From Octopus sinensis (taxonomy: Eukaryota), in the NCBI RefSeq assembly GCF_006345805.1, contig NC_043009.1, positions 57,722,001 through 57,786,000 on the forward strand: a DNA stretch of 64,000 nt, in the 5' to 3' direction. Shown here in pieces: positions 55,560-64,000 of this stretch; positions within the stretch are counted from its first letter, which is position 1, and each line of letters begins with the position of its first letter. The notes under the pieces were generated by a model, which saw only the letters and a program-made list of their open reading frames with translations, ran no database searches and was not told the origin of the DNA. The translations under genes were made by a program, and so were the position numbers.

Positions 55560-57311
55560 TAATAATAATAATAATAATAATAATACTTTTTTTTTTTAGA
55601 CATTCATTAGTACAACACCAAAAACTCCCCCCCAAATATATGGCACACTAGGCATAACAACAACATGAACTTCCAACCTGTTGTCTCTTGAGGTCTCTGG
55701 GTGAGACTTGGAGCCAACTTGTACAAATATAAAGCAAAACTCAAACATAGAATAATAATAATAATATCGAAAAATACCTTAGGAATGAGAACCCAGATCG
55801 ATAAAATAAAATACCAGTTGTATTTTGGGGTCGAGGGTGTTGACTAACAATTTACCCTCGAATCCGCTGGTTTTGTGTCTAAGCTAGAAACCATAAATTT
55901 ACGTCAACGACTCCAGGCTGTCAGGGTTTTACTCCCTAGAAGCTGACACTATAGGAACTGTATTATCCAGAAATTGTCTGAAGCTCTACTCTTTATAAAT
56001 TCTTCTTCGTAGATCACTTACACCCCAAATAACATAACTGTGGTACCTTAGCTCTACAAGCAGTACATTCTGAAAGCTTTAACTTGTCGCTGTAAAAGAT
56101 CTACTCTTACAACGTCTACTCTGAAAAGGTGTTACTTCCTGGAATCTTATGAATGATCAAAGGATATTAAAAATTTCTTTCTATGTGTAATAATGATATC
56201 AGACTCACCAAGTGAAACAAAGTGTCTTTCGTAAGAGGAAAAGTTTATGGAGAAGAGGTTTAGTGATGGAACAGTAGAATACATTTAAAATTCTTTCTGA
56301 TAGCAGAATTAATATGCATGCAAGGAAATCTTTTCTCTTTTTCGGTAATTTAAAACAAAGCCTTTGATGTTTCCATGGTTTCTTACCTCGGATTCAAGAA
56401 TATGAAATTATATTATATTCCTTGTTTTTTGTTTCTTGTATTATATCTTCCTCAAAAACCAGTAATTTTCTTGTATTCTTGTAAAGGGTTTTGTAACAAG
56501 ATGACGGCTTGTTTAATAGTAGTGGGTAGTATGAAAGGCTTTTTTGCCTTTCATACTGATTTAGAAAAGAAGGATATATTTGAAGAAATATATTTAAGGA
56601 TCATAGTTGATTGTAACCTCAATCTCGTCGGTTAATTTTTTGCCTGTTTAACCTTAGATACCAAAAAAATATTGCCCTTAATGTAATGAAAAATTACAAC
56701 AAAAACAAGAACTACGATTCTGTAATTCTATGAAACCTATTATATAACGTTCTGAAACGTATATTTTCCGTGTCTTCGAATGTGGCTTCCTTTAAAAGCA
56801 ATTATCGCCATTAAAACAGGGTATTATGCAGCAATAATATTACAGACAAAAATCTGTTACATAAAAATAAAAATAATTTCTTTAAATGTAAAAATAGTTC
56901 AAGGAGAATTCTCTGGTCTAAACTTCTCTTCAATCGAAGTTACTTATCCTATATCGCTTAAAACTACTTAAAATTAATTTTTTCCATTTCCCAGCCAATA
57001 CCAAAATACTATGAGTTTTATAATAAAAGCACTGCTAAAAATAGTGATTCTTTCCTACCAATTTTAAAACTGCCATCGTTAATTTCCACGCCAAGTATGT
57101 ATCACAACTATCGGTGTGTTGCCAAGTGCTACTTTCAACTATAAAAGGTCTACTGTTTGTCCCGTTAACGACAAAATCCTTTTGGAAGCATTAAGCTACT
57201 GAATTAATGCATGTCTTGAAGACAACTCTACCCTACAATCAGTAGATAACACAAACCAAAAAATAAAAAATAAAAAATAAAAAACAGAAAGTCCTTTAAT
57301 TGGTACAAGAA

Positions 57312-57708
57312 AAGGCGAGCTGGCAGAAACGTTAGCGGTATTTCGTCTGCGTTACGTTGTGAGTTCAAATTCCGCCGAGGTCGACTTTGCCTTTCATCCT
57401 TTCGGGGTCGATAAATTAAGTACCAGTTACGCACTGGGGGTCGATGTAATCGACTTAATACCTATGTCTGTTCTTGTTTGTCCCCTCTGTGTTTAGCTCC
57501 TTGTGGGTAATAAAGAAATAGGTATTTCGTCTGCGTTACGTTGTGAGTTCAAATTCCGCCGAGGTCGACTTTGCCTTTCATCCTTTCGGGGTCGATAAAT
57601 TAAGTACCAGTTACGCACTGGGGTAGATGTAATCGACTTAATACCTATGTCTGTCCTTGTTTGTCCGCTCTGTGTTTAGCCCCTTGTGGGTAATAAAGAA
57701 ATAGGTAT
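57312..57708 (+). mobile_element. SINE family B concatemer (short head + two units of 184 and 183 bp)
   Basis: Units 57338-57521 and 57522-57704 are near identical, followed by GTAT as the start of a third. Confidence 0.92.
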
Positions 57709-57992
57709 AAGAAAAATAATTTGTACTTGTAAATAACCTGAAAGAAATCAACACAAATTTTTATTAAGTATATTTGATTCCAGAAAGACATCACCGTTTG
57801 GTATCTACTAATCAATTCTGAACTTCCTATCAACTTACACACTTGTCAACTTTTCCAAAAGATCGCTCACTTTTACTGAAAAGCTTGTAATTTTGTTCGA
57901 GGACAAGAACGAATGTAAGAAGTCGGAATTGGTTAATTCCTGTGATCATTCTGCGAAACGCATGCTTCACAACTTAACAAACGGATAATTAA

Positions 57993-58065
57993 CATTTATC
58001 ATTTGTCATTTGTCATTTGTCATTTGTCATTTATCATTTATCATTTATCATTAATCATTTGTCAT
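57993..58065. repeat. 7-bp minisatellite (CATTT[G/A]T)n, about 10 units
   Basis: Direct inspection. Confidence 0.9.
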
Positions 58066-58179
58066 GTAATATTATCGTCTCCTAATTTTCAGTGTTTAAA
58101 TCAGATATAAAATTCATGTTATGACTCATTTGCAGGATCGAATACACACTTGCATCTGTATTCATTCTTTTACACTTTC

Positions 58180-58427
58180 TTACTGTTTTACTTGTTTCAG
58201 TCATTTGGCTGTGGCCATGCTGGAGCACCACCTTTTTGGTCGAGCAAATCGACCCCTGGGACTTATTTTTGTAAGCCTAGTACTTACTCTATCGATCTCT
58301 CTCGCCGAACCGTTAAGTTACGGTCGACGTAAACACACCAGCATCGGTTGTCAAGTGATGTTGGGGGACAAACACAGACACACAAACATTTACACACACA
58401 CGCACAACACACAATACACACACCACA

Positions 58428-58482
<55 letters not shown>

Positions 58483-58885
58483 TTTACTCTTTTACTTGTT
58501 TCAGTCATTTGACTGCGGCCATGCTGGAGCACCGCCTTTAGTCGAGCAAATCGACCCTGGGACTTATTCTTTGTAAGCTCAGTACTTATTCTATCGGTCT
58601 CTTTTGCCGAACCGCGAAGTGACGGGGATGTAAACACACCAGCATCGGTTGTCAAGCAATGCCAGGGGGACAAACACAGACACACAAACACACACACCCA
58701 CACACATATATATATATATATATACGACAGGCTTCTTTTAGTTTCCGTCTACCAAATCCACTCACAAGGCATTGGTCGACCCGGGGCTATAGCAGAAGAC
58801 ACTTGCCCAAGATGCCACGCAGTGGGACTGAACCCGGAACCATGTGGTTGGTAAGCAAGCTACTTACCACACAGCCACTCCTACG
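58180..58885 (-). mobile_element. SINE family A: full copy (58481-58885) plus extra 3' half (58180-58400)
   Basis: Colinear with the family A copies above. Confidence 0.9.
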
Positions 58886-59707
58886 CCTTTGGCACTAGAC
58901 CAGTATGCGTTTAGAGGATAAAGGTAAATCGATTCCAGTGTTAGAATGGCACTGATTTTATCGACCCCCCCCCCAAATGCACTAAGAAAGGCAATCTTCG
59001 ATGGAATTTGTTCTCAGAACATAAAGAACAGGATGAAATGTCGCTAAACCATTCATTAAGCAAAGTTTCAGCACAACTAGAATTTATTCAGTGCCCGAGC
59101 GCACTACAAAGTGTAGAACTAAGGAAATATGTAGAAACACAGAAACAAATAGCCGAACGGTATGACTGACGTTTAATTTGGGAACCGGAAATTTAATTAA
59201 CGTACATCTCATTAGCTCCACTGATATTTCACTCCTTTCGTTTTTCCAAGTGATCGGACAATGCAGTATGTGGCACCGTGTCTTACGAGGATACCTTATG
59301 CAGTGGGTTTATATAGGGGACTAATAGAGTCCCTATATACCTTAGCCAGAGTTTTTCATCTCTTGATTTCAGTTTTTTCCCCATATGTCGAATTATTTCT
59401 AATTAAATGACAGAAACTGGACTGTGGTACAGCGGTGACTTTAATCAGGTATTAATCCCTGTTTGGACACTCGAGGTTTATTGTAAACTAAAGTTTTCAT
59501 TTGGTGATATTCAGAAATATTATCTTGATTTAGGATTTCCGGTGGTAGGTGCAGTTTAGATTATTTGTTTCAATATTTTGACAATGATATTTCTGATATG
59601 TCAGGACTGTTTTTAATTCGTTTCTACTCTGCGGATGTAAACAAAGAAACAGGCACACAAGTACCCGTGCACGCACACGCACACACATACACACACACAC
59701 ACACACA

Positions 59708-59740
<33 letters not shown>

Positions 59741-59905
59741 CACACACGAACGGACGCACACACATATTTAATAACAAATATTCTCACATACAAATAGTAC
59801 ACTATCTCTAGTTCTTAATTCAAGAGATGAGGAATTATGTAAAATATTTACATCATTTACATTATTTACATTTGACTGATATTTGTCCTCATCTTGTTTG
59901 TTGTT

Positions 59906-59951
59906 AACGCAGCCTTTCGGCTGATGTACTCTCCAGCCTTCATCTGTTGTC
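59906..59951 (-). ncRNA. Degenerate hammerhead motif (H5)
   Basis: GACAA-CAGATGA-A-GGCTG-GAGAGTACAT-CAGCC-GAAA-GGCT-GCGTT. U4A and altered stem III. Confidence 0.55.
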
Positions 59952-60003
59952 TTGGGGAGACTTAAAACCTGGGTTCTCATTCCTAAAATATTTTTCGATG
60001 CTA

Positions 60004-60035
<32 letters not shown>

Positions 60036-60581
60036 TTGAGTGAGAGAGCAGTTCATGCCATCAAAGTGACACTGGGGTAAAATATACGAAGCCCAGTATA
60101 CCCATCATGACTACCCCTCTGATAAGGTACACCCAGTACATGCATCACAACCATATGTGTGCGACATGGTGATCTCATTCAAGATAAACAGCACATGACC
60201 TTGCAGGTGGGGCCAGTTAGAATTTTCTCAGGTTGAGTAGCCCATCCCGCTCAAATGGTCCCTGAATAAGGGTTGTTTAAGGATGTTGAAAGAACCACCC
60301 CATGTTTCCAGAGGTGAATTATTCAAACCCCAAAGAATCCCTCTCAACACATGCTATGGCTTCCCCACTACTTTCTGCTCGTGATCAGAGATGCACATAT
60401 CGTCAGCCACTAAGGGACATGCTCAACTGGTTAAGGTCAAACAACTGACAAGCACATCTGTGGTAATTGAGCAGAATATTTGCTGTAGCCATCTTTTATA
60501 CCAGACAAACAATGTACATGATAACACTTCAATCAGTTAGATCAGAAGCCATGAGAGCCACTGCCTGTACTGCATCAGGGC

Positions 60582-60582
<1 letters not shown>
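60036..60582 (-). mobile_element. Repeat family E element inserted in the (ATT)n linker of the left arm
   Basis: Flanked by (ATT)n on both sides; homologous to 34080-34440. Confidence 0.8.
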
Positions 60583-60679
<97 letters not shown>

Positions 60680-60824
60680 TATTCCAGTTTATTGCCTGGA
60701 ATCGAACTCGGAATCTTGGGTTTAGTAGCCTACTCTCTTAACCACTACGCCATATGCCCGTGGGCAAGTGGTTAAGAACGCAGGCTACTAACCCCAAGAT
60801 TCCGAGTTTGATTCCACGCAGTGA

Positions 60825-60908
<84 letters not shown>

Positions 60909-60964
60909 ATCGAAAAATATCTTAGGAATGAGAACCCAGGTTCGAAATTTCCCCAAGAAATTTC

Positions 60965-61010
60965 ATCAGCTGATGAAGGCTGGAGGGTATATCAGCCAAA
61001 ACATTGTGTT
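60965..61010 (+). ncRNA. Degenerate hammerhead motif (H6)
   Basis: CTGATGA-A-GGCTG-GAGGGTATAT-CAGCC-AAAAC-ATT-GTGTT. Two G to A changes at positions consistent with CpG decay. Confidence 0.6.
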
Positions 61011-61634
61011 AACAACAGACATATTGAGGACAAATATCCGTCAACTGTAAATAATATACACTATCTCTATCTTCAGTTTTCACAAGGTCCTACTCATCGA
61101 GCCAATGCAGGGACCTAGGAATGATCCCTGTAGTTATTCGACCTGCTACAAAGGGTATACATGTTTATCTCAAATGACATCATACACTATGGAAAGGAGA
61201 TTGACACATTGAATGATGTGCTTCTTGGTACACTTTGCCTGAATAAGAGATATATTAGTCGCAGCTGGAAATTCTTTGATCATACATCTTCAGGATCAGG
61301 ACGGGAAAAGGGGTTCCACAACAAGGAAGGACAGGGTACTAGAACTACGGTGTATAGATATAAGTAGTGATGATCACAGCTGGAAACGTCTTTGATCGTA
61401 GGTCTCCAGGGTCAGCGCGATCCTAGGGCCAAACAACTACAACAAAGAGGAATAGATTAGATAATGTAGTATTAGATACACCATAGAGAAATAAAAGAAA
61501 TGATAATCGCAGCTGGAAAATGTCTTTTAACAAGGCGTCTTTTTGATCAGGGTTAAATTGGGGTTACATTACAGCAGCAATATGCGCATACACTTACATA
61601 CCAATACAAACACAAACTTACACACACGGATGAG

Positions 61635-61726
<92 letters not shown>

Positions 61727-61836
61727 GTAACAGAGAAGAGGAATTTCGATTATCCCTACGTGGTGAGTTGTAATGTAATAGAAATTAAAAAAAAAGGAAA
61801 ATACGCACACTTATATAGTTTTAATATAATTTTAAT

Positions 61837-61871
61837 ATATCGACCGGTTTCGCTATCGCTATTCATGATAT
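61837..61871 (-). ncRNA. Minimal hammerhead with A3-U8 variant core (H7)
   Basis: Minus strand ATATC-ATGAATA-GC-GATA-GC-GAAA-CCGGT-C-GATAT. Stem I 5 bp, stem II 2 bp, palindromic stem III ACCGGT, GUC triplet. Confidence 0.65.
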
Positions 61872-62156
61872 TATGTTTTACTTATTTGAATATGTATTTT
61901 TTCTTAAGAAGAAATTTTGTCCATGTTGCGTGTGATGAAATTCACAAGTGAATGACTTCACAAGTAGATGTATAAAGGGAGGTAATTGGTTATCGTTATT
62001 ATTGTGGGTAAGGGAGATAACTGTTCAGCTTTCGGTAATGGGAGGGAAATATATATGTATACAGACAAAGACAAGTTTCGAAAACCTTGTTTAATGAGGG
62101 GATTTATGTACAGTGATGTAATCGTGAATTGAAATATGTAAAAAGATAAAAGTTGG

Positions 62157-62438
62157 TTATGTGTGCATATTAAGACGTGTTCTGTATTTTTTAATGAAAA
62201 AAGTTTCTTTATTTAAACGTTCTAGTAGAGAGATTGTGTCTTTGCACTGGTAGAAGGGGAAGACTGTGAAATTTGGTTTGATGTTATCTGCACATTTTCC
62301 TATATGTTCATTGAGAGGAATTTGCCTGTATTGCGGGAAACGGATTTGCTCTTTATGTAGAGTAGTTCTCTTTCTCAAGGTCATACTCGTGTGTCCAATA
62401 TAGTTCTGTCCGCAACCCGAGCAGGTTATTATATAAAT
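62157..62438 (-). pseudogene. Penelope-like element GIY-YIG endonuclease C-terminal fragment (5' truncated)
   Basis: Open frame IYIITCSGCGQNYIGHTSMTLRKRTTLHKEQIRF...LNEHIGKC...KETFFIKKYRTRLNMHT*. Shows the IY..C..C...YIG.T...R...H signature of Penelope-type GIY-YIG. Confidence 0.88.
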
Positions 62439-62763
62439 TTAGTTTCCCTTGTGCCCCTGAGAACCTTACAGAAGATATGTATGTATCACATTATTTTGCA
62501 TATTAATTGATAAGTGTATTAAGCATGTCAATTTAACAACTGGATGTGTAAGTCCTTTTACAAACCAAGTTTTGGTAACTAATTGAACCTCAATTTATAC
62601 AACTATTTTACTTTATATTGTGACATCATGCTTCACTTGTATGAATGATTGGTAACGGTAGATTCAGAAAAACAATAGAAAAAGTTTTAGCTTCTAATGA
62701 AATTTACAAAACTAGTTTTATGTACTGAGTAGCCTATACTTTGTTTACATATGTTTAACAAAC

Positions 62764-62799
<36 letters not shown>

Positions 62800-63109
62800 C
62801 CTATCTATCTATATGTACACATACGTACGCACACACACAACACACACAGACTTATACACTTACATACGAATATATAACTCTTCTTATTGTATGCCATTAT
62901 ACAGGCGCAATGAACTCATTACCCGCTGTTTATGGTGTTATTGTTAACAGCAGGTACAAAATTATCTTCTTTGACAGAATGATCAGAAAACAGAAAGATT
63001 GTTAAAACAGATACTTTGAGAAAAAATCCATTGATATACATTTACCGAATATATTTTGTGTGTATGTCTGCTTTTCTATAGTTTTGCATTAAGGTGTATG
63101 TTTAATACA

Positions 63110-63780
63110 TTTCTCGACCGTATTGTGACTTGCGATGAAAACTGAATTCTGTACTATAATAAAAATTAAAAAACGTTCTTCGCAGTAGTTGGACCAAAAT
63201 GAAGCACCAAAAACTTCCCTAAACCGAAGCTCTTCTAAAAGAAGGTTATGGTGACTGTTTGGTGGTGTACTGCTTGGCTCATCCACTATAACTTCTTAAT
63301 ACCCGGAAAAAATATTTATGTAGAAGCATATTGCTACGAAATTGCCAAAATGAAAGAAAAACTGCTTCTCCTCCATCACATACTGGTTAACAGAAGAGGG
63401 TTAATCATTCTTCATGACAATGCCCGACCACACGTTTCCCTAATGACGCTCCAGAAGTTGAGGAAACTTGGCTACGAAGTTCTTCTCTACATAGCTTATT
63501 CCTCAGACCTTTCCCCTACCGACTACCACTTTTTCAAGTACTTTCTCTGCGAGAGAAAGAGTTAAAAAGTCAAACCGATGTTGAAAGTGCATTCAAAGAG
63601 TCATCAGCTCCAGAACGACAGGTTTTTAATGTTACTGGAATAAACAAACTTGTAGCTTGTTGGCAAAAATGTGTTGATTGTAATGGTGCTTGTTTCATAT
63701 ATAAAATTTCCGCATTGTTGAAATATATTGTGATGATTTTCATGATTCAAAACGTTTCTTACCCTTTACTCAGCCTGATA
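63110..63780 (+). pseudogene. Mariner (DD34D) transposon 3' half
   Basis: FLDRIVTCDE; KKVMVTVWW; ILHDNARPHV...YSSDLSPTDYHFF (34 residues between D and D). Decayed right TIR ends near CCTGATA at 63780. Confidence 0.92.
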
Positions 63781-64000
63781 GATTGCTGTATGTTGTGGCC
63801 AAGAAAATTGGTGATGTCAGTGGACTCCTGGTCGGTCATCATAACCTCGAAGGGATCTACTGAGAATTTCTGTGAATAAATAAGTTGTTCTATTTCAAAA
63901 ACGTTTTCCGGGCAAGGATGTTAATTACAATTTCTTTGTTTGTGATTTTAGCGAGCGATTAAGCAAAATTCGCTGCGTTTCGCAATACCTGCAGCATGAT

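Larger units (their letters stand above)
59811..61056. mobile_element. Head-to-head dimer of a tRNA-head + (AAT)n + hammerhead element, flanked by a 13-bp direct repeat
   Basis: Left arm minus: tail 59811-60004, (ATT)n, head 60683-60765. Right arm plus: head 60767-60830, (AAT)n, tail 60904-61056. TACACTATCTCTA occurs at 59798-59810 and 61057-61069. Confidence 0.8.

Noticed and set aside
36745-57708. Tandem repeats that might suggest CRISPR arrays
   Set aside because: Units are about 183-bp SINE bodies with no unique spacers, in eukaryotic DNA with no cas genes.
60683-60830. tRNA genes
   Set aside because: Only tRNA-like SINE heads; no complete cloverleaf acceptor stem, and they run straight into (AAT)n.
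1-64000. Long ORFs in the track rich in YI/CV/HT or poly-D, N, T, S, I, V (e.g. 12577-13236, 16854-17480, 29626-30108, 31608-32060, 53961-54699)
   Set aside because: They are translations of (TA)n, (CA)n and trinucleotide microsatellites with no domain content.

Overview
AT-rich, repeat-saturated eukaryotic DNA with one 100-N gap (294-393). The SINE families and dense (TA)n/(CA)n/(AAT)n/(CAT)n tracts match what I recall from octopus (cephalopod) genomes; this is inference, not a search result. I find no confident host gene, rRNA, true tRNA gene or CRISPR array, and nearly all ORFs in the track are microsatellite artefacts. The window holds: several tRNA-headed SINE families, one forming concatemers with a fixed junction; LINE remnants (RTE-type and RLE-type); DNA-transposon remnants (a Tc1 DD34E with an apparent GT-AG intron, a TIR-intact internally deleted Tc1 nested in a SINE, a mariner DD34D, a Chapaev3-like transposase); and a Penelope-like GIY-YIG fragment. 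The most striking signal is at least seven hand-foldable minimal hammerhead-ribozyme motifs from about six unrelated small retroelement families. Two have complete catalytic cores, and one has an A3-U8 compensatory core downstream of the GIY-YIG ORF. A head-to-head pair sits in a tRNA-head + (AAT)n + hammerhead element that is flanked as one unit by a 13-bp direct repeat.
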